Source: an uncultured Alphaproteobacteria bacterium (GTDB lineage Bacteria > Pseudomonadota > Alphaproteobacteria > Rhizobiales > Xanthobacteraceae). Taken from it: DNA of 64,000 nt. The stretch lies in the NCBI GenBank assembly GCA_963709015.1, contig CAVPUU010000058.1, forward strand, positions 9,658 through 73,657, given 5' to 3'. Shown piece by piece: positions 11,015-22,988 of this stretch. Every line of letters begins with the position of its first letter. Position 1 is the stretch's first letter. The notes beneath the pieces were generated by a model. The model was not told the origin of the DNA. It saw only the letters and a program-made list of their open reading frames with translations, and ran no database searches. Position numbers and translations under genes: made by a program.

Positions 11015-12784
11015 ATGGCCGCCGCGCCCAAACACCTCTTCGCTAAAATGCTCGATCGCGTGCGCGCGGCATGCGCAAGCGTGCTCGGGCCGGGCGCGGA
11101 CGCGTCGCGCGTGGTGGTCGAGCCGCCGCGGGACCCGACGCATGGCGATCTCGCGACCAATGCCGCCATGGTGCTGGCGAAAGACGCCGGGAAAAAGCCG
11201 CGCGAACTGGCCGACAAAATCGCCGAAGCGCTGCGTGGCGACGATCTTGTGGCCAAAGCCGAGGTGGCGGGCGCCGGTTTCATCAATCTCACTTTGAAGC
11301 CCCGGGTCTGGGGAGAGGAGTTGCGCGTCGTGCTGGCGGCGGGCAAGGATTACGGCCGCAGCGGCATCGGGCAGGGCGAGAAGATCAACGTCGAATATGT
11401 CTCGGCCAACCCGACCGGGCCGATGCATGTCGGGCACGGCCGCGGCGCGGTATTCGGCGATACGCTCGCCAACCTGCTGGCCTTCGCCGGCTACGAGGTG
11501 ACGCGCGAATATTACATCAACGACGCCGGGGCGCAGGTCGACGTATTGGCGCGCTCGGCCTACCTGCGCTATCGCAAAGCTCTCGGCGAGGACATCGGGC
11601 CGATCCCGGAGGGACTTTATCCCGGCGACTATCTCGTGCCGGTCGGCGGCGCGTTAGCCGCCGAGCATGGCGCGGCGCTCAGCGCGCAACCGGAATCCGA
11701 ATGGCTGCCGGTCGTGCGCGCCAAGGCCATAGGCATGATGATGGATATGATCCGCGACGATCTCGCCGCGCTCAACGTGCGCCACGATGTGTTCTTCTCC
11801 GAGCGCTCGCTGATCGAGGAGGGCGACCGGGTCGGCGCAACCATCGCGTCGTTGCGCGCGAGCGGGGAAGTCTATAAGGGCCGCCTGCCGCCGCCCAAGG
11901 GCGGCAATCCGGAGGATTGGGAGGACCGAGAGCAGACTTTGTTTCGCTCGACCGATTTCGGCGACGACGTCGACCGCCCGCTGTTGAAGTCGGACGGCGG
12001 CTACACCTATTTCGCCAGCGATATCGCCTATCACAAGTCCAAATTCGACCGCGGCTTCCGCAACCTGATCGACGTTTGGGGCGCCGATCACGGCGGCTAC
12101 ATCAAGCGCATGCAGGCGGCGGTGAAGGCAGTGAGCGCCGGCAAGGCCGCGCTCGACGTCGAACTCGTTCAGCTCGTGCGGCTGCTGCGCGCGGGCGAGC
12201 CGGTGAAAATGTCGAAGCGGGCGGGTGAGTTCGTCACGTTGCGCGAGGTGGTGGACGAGGTCGGCCGCGATGCGGTGCGCTTCGACATGCTCTACCGCAA
12301 GAACGATGCCGTGCTCGACTTTGATCTCGCCAAGGTCATCGAACATAGCCGCGAGAACCCGGTGTTCTACGTCCAGTACGGCCACGCCCGGGGGGAATCG
12401 GTGTTCCGCAATGCGCGCGCCGAGTTGCCCGATGCGCCGGCCGGACCGCAAGAGCGCGCGCGCTGGCTGAAAGATGCGCCGCTCGACCGGCTCACCGATT
12501 CCGGCGAACTTTCGATATTGCGCCGGATCGCGCTTTATCCGCGCCTCGTCGAGGCCGCGGCTCAGGCCCACGAGCCGCACCGGGTTGCATTCTATCTCTA
12601 TGAATTAGCAAGCGAATTTCACGCCCACTGGACGCGCGGAAAAGACTTGCCTCATTTACGCTTCATTATCCAGAATGATCGAGAAACGACGATGGCCCGG
12701 TTGGCTTTGGTGCAGGGTATCGTCACCGTTCTCGCCTCGGGCTTGGCGCTGCTCGGGGTCGAAGCGCCGGAAAAAATGCGGTAA
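11015..12784 (+). CDS. argS: Arginine--tRNA ligase
   Basis: [25 protein letters not shown] (HIGH motif), [13 protein letters not shown]. Confidence 0.96.
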   Translation: MAAAPKHLFAKMLDRVRAACASVLGPGADASRVVVEPPRDPTHGDLATNAAMVLAKDAGKKPRELADKIAEALRGDDLVAKAEVAGAGFINLTLKPRVWGEELRVVLAAGKDYGRSGIGQGEKINVEYVSANPTGPMHVGHGRGAVFGDTLANLLAFAGYEVTREYYINDAGAQVDVLARSAYLRYRKALGEDIGPIPEGLYPGDYLVPVGGALAAEHGAALSAQPESEWLPVVRAKAIGMMMDMIRDDLAALNVRHDVFFSERSLIEEGDRVGATIASLRASGEVYKGRLPPPKGGNPEDWEDREQTLFRSTDFGDDVDRPLLKSDGGYTYFASDIAYHKSKFDRGFRNLIDVWGADHGGYIKRMQAAVKAVSAGKAALDVELVQLVRLLRAGEPVKMSKRAGEFVTLREVVDEVGRDAVRFDMLYRKNDAVLDFDLAKVIEHSRENPVFYVQYGHARGESVFRNARAELPDAPAGPQERARWLKDAPLDRLTDSGELSILRRIALYPRLVEAAAQAHEPHRVAFYLYELASEFHAHWTRGKDLPHLRFIIQNDRETTMARLALVQGIVTVLASGLALLGVEAPEKMR

Positions 12785-12861
12785 ATCTCGCTTCCGTAAA
12801 TCGCGCTTGACGCAGGTTTGCGAATGACGGGGCGAAGGCGCACTCAGTAACCGGGGACCGA

Positions 12862-14259
12862 ATGGCGGACGATCAAAACCAGAAAATCTACCGCACGAAC
12901 CAACCGCCGGTGCGCCGCGCGCCGGCCGCCACCGCCACTTCCGGCAGCGATCCGCTCGCCGAACTTGCCCGACTGATCGGACAGACCGACCCGTTCGGCG
13001 AATTCGGCCGCGACAATGCGCGGCGCGCCGCCGCGCCGCAAGCCGCGCCGAGTTTCGGCGCCGACGATTATTTCGGCGCCGCCGCGCCACCCCCGCATCC
13101 GTCGACGCCGCCGGTCGCGCCCTATGGCGCTCCTGGCGCCACGCGCGCGCCTCATCCCGCCGGCGGTCTCTATCAGGACGACGCCATGGCGCTGAGCCAT
13201 CCGTCGGCCGAGAGCGAGGAGTTCGAGCACGAAGCGTATCCGGCGAGCAACGGCGAGCTGGCGCCCGAGGAGGAGGATTTCTACGACGATACCCCGCCTT
13301 CGAAATCGGCGCATGGGCGTCATGGCGATCGCCGCCTTATTTGTGCTTGTGGTGATCGGCACCGCCGGCGCTTTCGGCTATCGCGCGCTGTTCGGCGCAT
13401 CGCATTCTTCTGCCCGCCGCCGGTCATCAAGGCCGACACCGCCCCGAGCAAGATCGTGCCGGCGACTGCCAGCAAGACGCCGAACAAGCTGATCACCGAT
13501 CGTATCGCCGATCACGCGCAGGACGAAAAACTGGTTTCGCGCGAAGAACAGCCGGTCGAGTTGAAAAACAACCCGGCGGTTGCGCCGATGCCGCAGCCAC
13601 AGCCGCAAGGTAGCGCCCCGCCGGCTGCTACCCAGGCGGCGCTCGGCAGTGGCGTAATTTCCAGCGAACCCAAGAAAGTCCACACCATCGCCATCCGCCC
13701 CGATCAGGCAAGCGCGGGCGAAGGCCAGCCGGCTGTTGCTGCACCGCTGTCACCACAACCACAAGCGGCACCCGCGCCGGCAAGGCAGGCGGCTCCGCCT
13801 CCGCCGCGGGTCGCCAGCACGGCGCCTCCCGCGGTCAATCCGGACCCGCCGCCGCCGCGCCAGGCAGAAGAGCGCGCCGCTGCTCCGGCCCGTCGCACCG
13901 CGTCGACGCCGAGGAACGCGCCTCTCTCGCTGAGCCCGGACGCGCCCGCGCGGGCGCCGGCGCGAACGGCGTCGGTGGCTAGCGCGCCGGCTAAAACCGC
14001 CTCCGTATCAGGCAGTTATGCGGTGCAGTTGTCGTCGCAGCGGAGCGAAGCCGATGCGCAGGCGGCGTTCCGTAGCCTGCAGGCCAAATATCCGAGCCAA
14101 CTCGGCGGCCGCGAGGTCTTGATTCATAAGGTCGAATTGGGCGCCAAGGGTACTTACTACCGCGCCATGGTCGGCCCCTTCGCCAGCGCCAATGAGGCGA
14201 GCACGCTTTGCAGCGGCCTCAAGGCGGCCGGCGGACAGTGCATTGTCCAAAGAAATTAG
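12862..14259 (+). CDS. SPOR domain cell-envelope protein (compensating frameshifts around the TM helix, ~13300-13410)
   Basis: DPLAELARLIGQTDPF N-terminus, Pro/Ala-rich linker, C-terminal SPOR (YAVQLSSQRSE...YYRAMVGPF...C..LKAAGGQC); the TM helix MAIAALFVLVVIG is in another frame. Confidence 0.85.
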   Translation: MADDQNQKIYRTNQPPVRRAPAATATSGSDPLAELARLIGQTDPFGEFGRDNARRAAAPQAAPSFGADDYFGAAAPPPHPSTPPVAPYGAPGATRAPHPAGGLYQDDAMALSHPSAESEEFEHEAYPASNGELAPEEEDFYDDTPPSKSAHGRHGDRRLICACGDRHRRRFRLSRAVRRIAFFCPPPVIKADTAPSKIVPATASKTPNKLITDRIADHAQDEKLVSREEQPVELKNNPAVAPMPQPQPQGSAPPAATQAALGSGVISSEPKKVHTIAIRPDQASAGEGQPAVAAPLSPQPQAAPAPARQAAPPPPRVASTAPPAVNPDPPPPRQAEERAAAPARRTASTPRNAPLSLSPDAPARAPARTASVASAPAKTASVSGSYAVQLSSQRSEADAQAAFRSLQAKYPSQLGGREVLIHKVELGAKGTYYRAMVGPFASANEASTLCSGLKAAGGQCIVQRN

Positions 14260-14305
14260 GGCGACATTCCTTGCACTTAGGGCGGGTGCGGGCTAATCCG
14301 CGCCG

Positions 14306-15346
14306 ATGGCGGCGCGCGCATTCATCACCGGATTGAGCGGGCTTACGATTACCGCCAATGAGCGCGCGTTTCTCCGCGAGGCTCAGCCGTGGGGCCTGAT
14401 CATCTTCAAGCGAAACATGAGTGTACCGGAGCAAGTAACGGAATTAACCAGCACTTTTCGTGACATCGTCGGCTGGGAAGCGCCCGTTCTGGTGGACCAG
14501 GAAGGTGGCCGCGTGCAACGGCTCGGCCCGCCGCATTGGCCGGCTTTTCCGCCCGGAGCACGCTACGGCGCGATCTACGATCGAGACGTTGCCTCTGGTC
14601 TTGCGGTTGCTCGGCTCGGCGGTCGTTTGATCGCGGCAGAACTCAATGTTCTTCGGATTGATGTCGATTGCTTTCCTCTGGCCGATGTTCCAGTTCCCCG
14701 TGGCGATCCGGTGATCGGCGACCGTGCCTATGGAACCGAGCCGGGCAAGGTCGCTGCCATCGCCGGGGCGATCGCCGAGGGCCTCACGGCCGGCGGGGTG
14801 CTGCCGGTTCTCAAGCACCTGCCGGGGCATGGCCGGGCGACCGCCGACAGCCACCACAAGCTGCCGATGGTCGATACCGACCGGGCTACTCTGGAGGCGA
14901 CCGATTTTGCCGCTTTCCGGCCGTTGGCCGGGCTGCCGATGGGGATGACGGCGCATGTCGTATTTTCCGCCATCGACCCTGATGCGCCGGCCACAACTTC
15001 GGTCACAATAGTGCGCGAAGTGATTCGCGGGTTTATTGGATTCCGGGGCCTACTGATGAGCGACGACGTCTCGATGAAGGCGCTGTCCGGCACGATCGCG
15101 GAGCGCAGCCGCTCCGCATTTGCCGCCGGCTGCGATGTCGTGCTCCACTGCAACGGGGGCTTAGTCGAAATGGCCGCGGTCGCGGGCGTCGCGCCGGAAC
15201 TCGCAGGCGAGGCGGAACAGCGCGCCGCGGCGGCGCTCGCCCAGCGCAAGGCGCCGGAGGAATTCGACGTGGATGCCGCGCGCAGGATTTTCACGCAGAT
15301 GGTGGACGCCGACGGGCCGCCGTCGCAACGGAAGACCGGCTCATGA
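14306..15346 (+). CDS. nagZ: Beta-N-acetylhexosaminidase
   Basis: VDQEGGRVQR, KHLPGHGRATADSH, MTAHV, MSDD motifs. Confidence 0.93.
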   Translation: MAARAFITGLSGLTITANERAFLREAQPWGLIIFKRNMSVPEQVTELTSTFRDIVGWEAPVLVDQEGGRVQRLGPPHWPAFPPGARYGAIYDRDVASGLAVARLGGRLIAAELNVLRIDVDCFPLADVPVPRGDPVIGDRAYGTEPGKVAAIAGAIAEGLTAGGVLPVLKHLPGHGRATADSHHKLPMVDTDRATLEATDFAAFRPLAGLPMGMTAHVVFSAIDPDAPATTSVTIVREVIRGFIGFRGLLMSDDVSMKALSGTIAERSRSAFAAGCDVVLHCNGGLVEMAAVAGVAPELAGEAEQRAAAALAQRKAPEEFDVDAARRIFTQMVDADGPPSQRKTGS

Positions 15347-16161
15347 CGCCTGACGACTTCGACACCACGCTGGAAACGGATCGCGGCACCACCGAGCCGG
15401 CGATGATCGTGGATGTGGAGGGCTTTGAGGGCCCGCTCGATCTTCTGCTCGCGCTCGCGCGCACGCAGAAAGTCGATCTGGCGAAAATTTCAATTCTGGC
15501 GCTCGCCGACCAGTATCTCACTTTCATCGAAGCGGCGCGGCAGTTGCGGCTCGAACTCGCCGCCGATTATCTGGTGATGGCGGCTTGGCTCGCCTATCTG
15601 AAATCGCGGCTGCTGTTGCCGGATTCCGGCCCGGGCGAGGGGCCGAGCGCCGAGGACATGGCGCTGGCGCTGGCCCATCGCCTGCGCCGGCTCGAGGCGC
15701 TGCGCGACGTCGCGCAGCGAACTGATGGAGCGGCCGCAGCTCAACCGCGATGTATTCCCGCGCGGCAGCCGGAGCCGATCGACGAGATCAAGCAGCCGGA
15801 ATGGACGGCGACGCTGTACGATCTGCTCAGCGCCTACGCCACGCAGCGCGCGCGCAGCGCGCTGTCGCGCGTGCGCTTCAAGAAGCGCACGGTGTGGTCG
15901 CTGGCCGAGGCGCGCGCTGCGCTCGAGCGGCTGATCGGCATGTCGAGCGACTGGTCGCGCATCGACGCGTTCCTGATTTCCTACGTGGTCGAGCCGGCGC
16001 TGGCGGCGACCGTGATGGCGTCCTCGTTCGCCTCCGCGCTCGAATTGGTGCGCGAGGGGTCGCCGAATTCATCAGAAGAGTCGTTCGCGCCGCTCTACAT
16101 GCGCAAGCGGGTCGGTGTGAATGGAAGTGCTTTGACCTATGACGCGCAAGAAAACACATAA
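15343..16161 (+). CDS. scpA: Segregation/condensation protein A (local frameshifts)
   Basis: FEGPLDLLL, AADYLVMAAWLAYLKSRLLLP, ASSFASALELVREG. Confidence 0.9.
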   Translation: MTPDDFDTTLETDRGTTEPAMIVDVEGFEGPLDLLLALARTQKVDLAKISILALADQYLTFIEAARQLRLELAADYLVMAAWLAYLKSRLLLPDSGPGEGPSAEDMALALAHRLRRLEALRDVAQRTDGAAAAQPRCIPARQPEPIDEIKQPEWTATLYDLLSAYATQRARSALSRVRFKKRTVWSLAEARAALERLIGMSSDWSRIDAFLISYVVEPALAATVMASSFASALELVREGSPNSSEESFAPLYMRKRVGVNGSALTYDAQENT

Positions 16162-16174
16162 GGGGACGAACTCG

Positions 16175-16905
16175 ATGCCGAGCGTGGCGAAGAAGCTCGT
16201 TATTGTCCAAAACAACGACGCGCCGGCCGCAGCGGCGGCTGCGCCCGCCGCGGAAGCGCGGCCGGAGGAGCTGCGCGCTGCTGGAAGCGCTGCTGTTCGC
16301 CGCCGGTCAGCCGCTCGACGAGGCGACGCTCAAGCGGCGCTTGCCGGACGGCGTCGACGTGAAGGAGGCGCTTGCGCGCGCTCAAGGCCGAGTACGCGAC
16401 GCGCGGCGTCAATCTGGTGCGCGTCGGCAAGAAATGGATGTTCCGTACCGCCGACGATCTTTCCTGGCTGCTCACCAAGGAGACGGTGGAGACGCGCAAG
16501 CTGTCGCGCGCGGCGATCGAGACGCTCGCCATCATCGCCTATCACCAGCCGGTCACCCGCGCCGAGATCGAGGAAATCCGCGGCGTGGTGGCGGCGGCCG
16601 GCACGCTCGACGTGCTGCTGCGGACGGGGTGGATTCGCCCGCGCGGGCGGCGCAAAGCGCCGGGGCGGCCGATCACCTACGGCACCACGGAGCAGTTCCT
16701 CACCCATTTCGGGCTGGAGGAAGTGGGCGATCTGCCCGGGCTCGACGAGCTCAAAGGCGCGGGGCTGCTCGAAGGCAATCTGCCGCCGGGCTTTGCGGTG
16801 CCGATGCCGTCGGACGACAGCACGTTGCGCGACGACGAGGATCCGCTGGAACCCGGCGATCTCGACTTAGGCTTAGCGCCGCCGCCTTCGCGCGGCGAGA
16901 CGTAA
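16175..16905 (+). CDS. scpB: Segregation/condensation protein B (frameshifted)
   Basis: LLEALLFAAGQPL and LSRAAIETLAIIAYHQPVTRAEIEEIRGV, GRPITYGTT in successive frames. Confidence 0.9.
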
Positions 16906-16936
16906 TCGAAGCGGCCCATCGAAGCGGCCCATCATT

Positions 16937-17130
16937 GTCTTGTTATGGCCGCCGGGCTTGTCACCGCAAGTCGGGTATATCCGACTTGCGGCACTTTAAG
17001 ATGCGGAAGTCGGGCAAGCCCGACTTCCGATGCCATCCACGCCCTGCTATACGGAGGAAAGACGTGGATGCCCGGCACAAGGCATGTGCTCGGGCCGGCG
17101 AAGCCGGACCCGAGTGCCGGGCATGACGGG
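16937..17130. repeat. Composite repeat: GTCATGGCCGGGCTTG...GCCCGGCACAAGGCCGGGCATGAC host with two nested hairpin inserts
   Basis: Host arms are interrupted by CAAGTCGGG..CCGACTTG/GAAGTCGGGCAAGCCCGACTTC and by CTCGGGCCGGCGAAGCCGGACCCGAG; partial host copy at 45429-45445. Confidence 0.7.
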
Positions 17131-17313
17131 TTTGGCATGTCGGCGATTGCCGTAAGAACTCGGGAACTTAAAGTAAATATCGCCGCCGCCGCCGGCATTA
17201 CGGTGGCATTACAAAGGACGGAAGTCCTTGTTTTTGCCGCTTCCGGAGCCTAGTTTCATATCAAATCAAAGGCGGGGCAGGCAAACGCCGCCGCCGCCGC
17301 GGAGGGTTCGCCA

Positions 17314-17571
17314 ATGGGTTCGTTGAGCATATGGCACTGGATGATCGTCATCGTCGTGGTGATGCTTCTGTTCGGCGGCCGCGGGAAATTGTCCAACCTG
17401 ATGGGCGATTTCGCGCAAGGGATAAAGGCCTTCAAGAAGGGCATGTCGGAAGACGACAAGGTGGCGGAGCCGGTCCAGACGGAGCCGGCCAAGACCATCG
17501 ATCACCAGGCGGCGGCCGGCGCGCCGCCGAAGACGGAAACCGAGCGGCGTGCCGAGGGCGCGCGCTCTTAA
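17314..17571 (+). CDS. tatA: Twin-arginine translocase TatA
   Basis: [12 protein letters not shown]...[27 protein letters not shown]. Confidence 0.95.
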   Translation: MGSLSIWHWMIVIVVVMLLFGGRGKLSNLMGDFAQGIKAFKKGMSEDDKVAEPVQTEPAKTIDHQAAAGAPPKTETERRAEGARS

Positions 17572-17624
17572 TCTTGGTAGCGGCGGCGTGACGCGAGAGA
17601 CGGTGGTCGAGACAGTTTTTGCTT

Positions 17625-17712
17625 GCGCATGATCTTGTCCGACCTTGCTTCGCCCGCCGAAGCGGGCTTCGCGAAGGCGGGAAACCGGTTCCCACTTTTC
17701 GGGATCATGCGC
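17625..17712. repeat. 88-bp GCGCATGATC...GATCATGCGC element
   Basis: 10-bp terminal inverted repeats; its reverse complement matches 58649-58736 with 3 mismatches. Confidence 0.88.
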
Positions 17713-17728
17713 TGGAGTTGATCTATCC

Positions 17729-18233
17729 ATGTTCGGTCTCAGGTTGGGGCGAGCTGGTCGTCATCGGCATCGTCGCGCTGATCGCGATCGGGCCCAAAGA
17801 GCTGCCAACCGTTCTGCGCACGCTCGGCCAGTGGATGGGCAAAGTCCGCCGCATGGCCAACGAATTCCAGGGCCAGTTCCAGGAAGCGCTGCGCGAGGCC
17901 GAATTCGCCGACCTCAAGAAGCACGCCGACGATATTTCAAGCTCGGTGAGCGAATTCTCCAACATCGATCCGCTCGCCGACGCGCAGAAGGACGTCGAGC
18001 GCGCGTTCGCGGAGACGCCGGCGGCGGACGCACAGTCTGCCGAGACATCGAGCGCGGCCACGCCGGCGGATGCAGCGCACATGACGCCGCCAGCTTGCCG
18101 GCCGGCGTTGTGCCGCCGCGCGAATCGACGTGCCGCTGCCTTCGCCGGTGACCGAGAAAGATTTCGCGCCGGCCGAACCGGCGGCATCCAGCGCTGCGGC
18201 GTCGCCGCCAAAAAGGCCGGGAGCGGCGGATGA
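17729..18233 (+). CDS. tatB: Twin-arginine translocase TatB (frameshifted)
   Basis: [46 protein letters not shown]; between tatA and tatC. Confidence 0.9.
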
Positions 18234-19053
18234 GCGACAAGGACGAGGACGAGATCGAGGCCATCGAAGGCGCCGCTGATCGAGCACCTGATCGAGCTGC
18301 GCTCGCGGCTGATCAAGGCGGTGATCGCCTTCGGCGTGATGTTCGCGCTCTGCTTTCTGTTCGCCAAGGACATCTACAATATCCTGGTGTGGCCCTTCGT
18401 GTGGGTGGCGGGGCCGGAGAATTCGAAATTCATCTACACCGCGCTGCTCGAATATTTCATCACGCAATTGAAGCTGGCGATGTTCGGCGCCGCCTTCCTG
18501 TCGTTCCCGGTGGTGGCGACGCAGATCTACATGTTCGTCGCGCCCGGGCTCTACCGCAACGAGCGCAAGGCGTTCCTGCCCTATCTGATCGCGACGCCGT
18601 TTTTCTTCACGCTCGGTGCGCTGGTGGTCTATTTCCTGGTGCTGCCGATGCTGATCCGCTTCTCGCTGCACATGCAGCAGCCGGGAACGGCGAACGAAGC
18701 GACGCATCGCGCTGCTGCCCAAGGTCGGCGAATACCTTTCGCTGATGATGACGCTGGTGCTGGCCTTCGGCGTGGCGTTCCAACTGCCGGTGATCCTGAC
18801 GCTGCTCGGCCGCATCGGGCTGATCACCGCCGACCAGCTCAAGGCCAAGCGGCGCTATTTCATCGTCGGCGCCTTCGTGCTGGCCGCCATCCTGACGCCG
18901 CCCGACGTGCTCAGCCAGATGTCGCTCGCGGTGCCGCTGATGCTGCTCTACGAGGGCTCGATCTGGTCGGTGCGCATCGTGGAGAAGAAGGTGAAGGCCG
19001 AGGAGGCCGCCAAGGCCGCGGCCGAGGCGGCGGCGGGCAAGCCGGCGGAGTAG
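18230..19053 (+). CDS. tatC: Twin-arginine translocase TatC (frameshifted)
   Basis: [43 protein letters not shown] across frames. Confidence 0.92.
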
Positions 19054-19065
19054 GGTGTTTTCTTT

Positions 19066-19202
19066 CCCTCTCCCCGCAATTGCGGGGAGAGGTCGACTTT
19101 CGAGCGGAGCGAGGAAGTCGGGTGAGGGGCCGTGCACAGCCCCTCACCCGGCTCGGACCTGCCGGTCCTCGCCACCCTCTCCCCGTAAAACGGGGAGAGG
19201 GA
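19066..19202. repeat. CCCTCTCCCC...GGGGAGAGGG palindromic doublet repeat
   Basis: CCCTCTCCCCGCAATTGCGGGGAGAGG ... CCCTCTCCCCGTAAAACGGGGAGAGGG; related copies at 20739-20860 and 43237-43368. Confidence 0.8.
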
Positions 19203-19256
19203 AGCAGGCACCGTCCTTACTTTCGCATCCCCCCGATTCCGACTAAGAAGCCCGCC

Positions 19257-20709
<1,453 letters not shown>

Positions 20710-20738
20710 GGAATCGTGCGTCGTGCTCTGTGCTCTCC

Positions 20739-20860
20739 GCTCCCTCCCCCCTTGTGGGGGAGGGTTGGGGAGGGGGGTGGTTCTTGGGCGCGCGCGCCAC
20801 AATTCTCATTCCGACTCTTTCGACCCCCACCCCTAACCCCTCCCCACAAGGGGGAGGGGA
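20739..20860. repeat. CCCTCCCCCTTG...CAAGGGGGAGGG palindromic doublet repeat
   Basis: TCCCTCCCCCTTGTGGGGGAGGGTTGGGGAGGGGGG pairs with CCCCCACCCCTAACCCCTCCCCACAAGGGGGAGGGGA. Confidence 0.8.
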
Positions 20861-20884
20861 ACCGGCTGCGGCGCGGGGCGCCTG

Positions 20885-21646
20885 ATGCGTATCCTCATCA
20901 CCAATGACGACGGCATCCACGCAGCCGGTCTCGATGCCTGCGAGAAAATCGCGCGCGAATTGTCGGACGAAGTGTGGATCGTGGCGCCGGAAAGCGATCA
21001 GTCCGGCGTGTCGCATTCGCTTTCGCTCAACGACCCGCTGCGCCTGCGCGAAGTCGCCGAGCGGCACTTCGCGGTGCAGGGCACGCCGACCGATTGTGTC
21101 ATCATGGGCGTGCGCTATCTCATGAAAGACGCGCCGGACCTGGTGCTGTCCGGCGTCAACCGCGGGCGCAATTGCGCCGAGGACGTGACTTACTCGGGCA
21201 CGGTCGCCGGTGCGATGGAAGGCACCGTCCTGGGCATTCCGTCGTTTGCGCTGTCGCAGGCTTATGCGTCCGCGAACAAGCACAAGCCCTATTGGGACAC
21301 GGCGATCAAATTCGCGCCCGATCTGATCAAGCGCGTGCTCAAAGCCGGCATGCCGCGCGACGTGCTGGTCAACGTGAATTTTCCCGATTGTCCGCCGGGC
21401 GAGGTCGCCGGCACGGCCATCGTCACGCAGGGCAAGCGCGACCAGGAGCTTCTGCACATCGACGCGCGCCGCGACGGGCGCGGCAATCCCTATTACTGGA
21501 TCGCGTTCGGGCGCGGCGGCATCGCCGGCGCGGCGCAAGGCAGCGATCTCGCCGCGCTCAACGACAAGCGCATTGCGATCACGCCGCTGCGGCTCGATCT
21601 CACCGACGAGCCGTTCATGACCAAACTGGCAAAAATTTTCGATTAG
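20885..21646 (+). CDS. surE: 5'/3'-nucleotidase SurE
   Basis: [35 protein letters not shown]. Confidence 0.96.
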   Translation: MRILITNDDGIHAAGLDACEKIARELSDEVWIVAPESDQSGVSHSLSLNDPLRLREVAERHFAVQGTPTDCVIMGVRYLMKDAPDLVLSGVNRGRNCAEDVTYSGTVAGAMEGTVLGIPSFALSQAYASANKHKPYWDTAIKFAPDLIKRVLKAGMPRDVLVNVNFPDCPPGEVAGTAIVTQGKRDQELLHIDARRDGRGNPYYWIAFGRGGIAGAAQGSDLAALNDKRIAITPLRLDLTDEPFMTKLAKIFD

Positions 21647-22015
21647 GCCGCGGCCAGCAGACCGTCGAGCACGGCCTTGAGCTGCTCGGCCTGGAACGGT
21701 TTCTGCAACGCCGGGCGGTCGCGATAGGGGTCGGGCAGGCTGCGCTCGCCATAACCGGTGACGAAGACGAAGGGCAGGCCGCGGCCGGCGAGAATTTCCG
21801 CGACCGGAAAAATCTGCTGGCCTTCGAGATTGACGTCGAGAATGGCGGCCCTGAAGTCGCCCTTGGCCGCGAGCGCGCTCGCTTCCGCAATGGTGCCGAC
21901 CGCCGCCGCCGACCTCGTAGCCGAGATCGGTAAGCATGTCCTCCATCAGCATGCGGATCAGATATTCATCCTCGACCACGAGAAGGCGTGGCCCCGAATT
22001 CGAGGAATCGCTCAT
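21643..22015 (-). CDS. Single-domain response regulator (one frameshift)
   Basis: [19 protein letters not shown]-terminus; [21 protein letters not shown] in the second frame. Confidence 0.82.
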
Positions 22016-22146
22016 CGCCAGCTCCTGCTCCACAACGCCCGTGCGCGCGGCCGGGTTCCATCCGCTCCGGCACGCGGTCTGCCCCGGGGCAAGCTTACAT
22101 GAATTGCGGGCAAACGTGCTAAATTCGCGGCAACCGGGGTGGGAAT

Positions 22147-22821
22147 GTGGCGAAACGACCGCAAGACGGGCAACAAGACGGACAAGACGACGGCCGCATG
22201 GAATTCCTGCTGACGCTGCGCCGGCGCGGCATCGGCGACCAAGCGGTGCTCCGGGCCATGGACGAGGTGCCGCGCGGGCAATTTGTCGCTGTAGAGTTTG
22301 CCGGGCGTGCCTACGCCGACCAGGCGCTGCCGATCGAATGCGGGCAGACCATCAGCCAGCCCTACGTGGTCGCCTATATGACCGAGCGGCTCGCTTTACG
22401 CCCGCACCATCGGGTGCTGGAGGTGGGCACCGGCTCGGGCTACCAAGCGGCGGTGCTCTCGCGGCTCGCGCGCGAAGTGGTCACCATCGAGCGCTATCGC
22501 ACGCTCGCCGAGCAGGCGAGGGCGCGTTTGCGCGATCTCGGCTACGACAACGTCGAGGTCGTCACCGGTGACGGCTTTGCCGGCGTGCCCGCCAAGGCGC
22601 CCTACGACCGCATCATCGTCACCGCCGCCGCCGAGGAGGTGCCGCAGACATTGCTCGACCAGCTTGCCGACGATGACGGTGTGACGATCCTGCCGCTCGG
22701 GCCGCACGGCGGAGCGCAACACATTATCAAGCTTACCAAATCGCAAACGGGACTGGCGCGCGAAAACCTGATTGCGGTGCGTTTCGTGCCGTTGTTGCCG
22801 GGGCAGGCGCAGGAACTCTGA
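22147..22821 (+). CDS. pcm: Protein-L-isoaspartate O-methyltransferase
   Basis: [40 protein letters not shown]. Confidence 0.95.
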   Translation: MAKRPQDGQQDGQDDGRMEFLLTLRRRGIGDQAVLRAMDEVPRGQFVAVEFAGRAYADQALPIECGQTISQPYVVAYMTERLALRPHHRVLEVGTGSGYQAAVLSRLAREVVTIERYRTLAEQARARLRDLGYDNVEVVTGDGFAGVPAKAPYDRIIVTAAAEEVPQTLLDQLADDDGVTILPLGPHGGAQHIIKLTKSQTGLARENLIAVRFVPLLPGQAQEL

Positions 22822-22988
22822 TATTCGGCGCGTTGCGCGCGCTCCCTTCCCACAACAGTACGCGTGCAGTGTGACATTTATGCCGGACTCAAAAGCGCGC
22901 GTAACGATCCGCTAATTCTTAAAACCTTATTTACTCGCTGCTGCTTTATTTCGAAGTCTAGTTTTGTTGCGTATGAGTGAGTAACCAC

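Noticed and set aside
16905-16933. 13-bp tandem duplication ATCGAAGCGGCCC
   Set aside because: The copies are adjacent with nothing between them, so this is not a target-site duplication; likely slippage.
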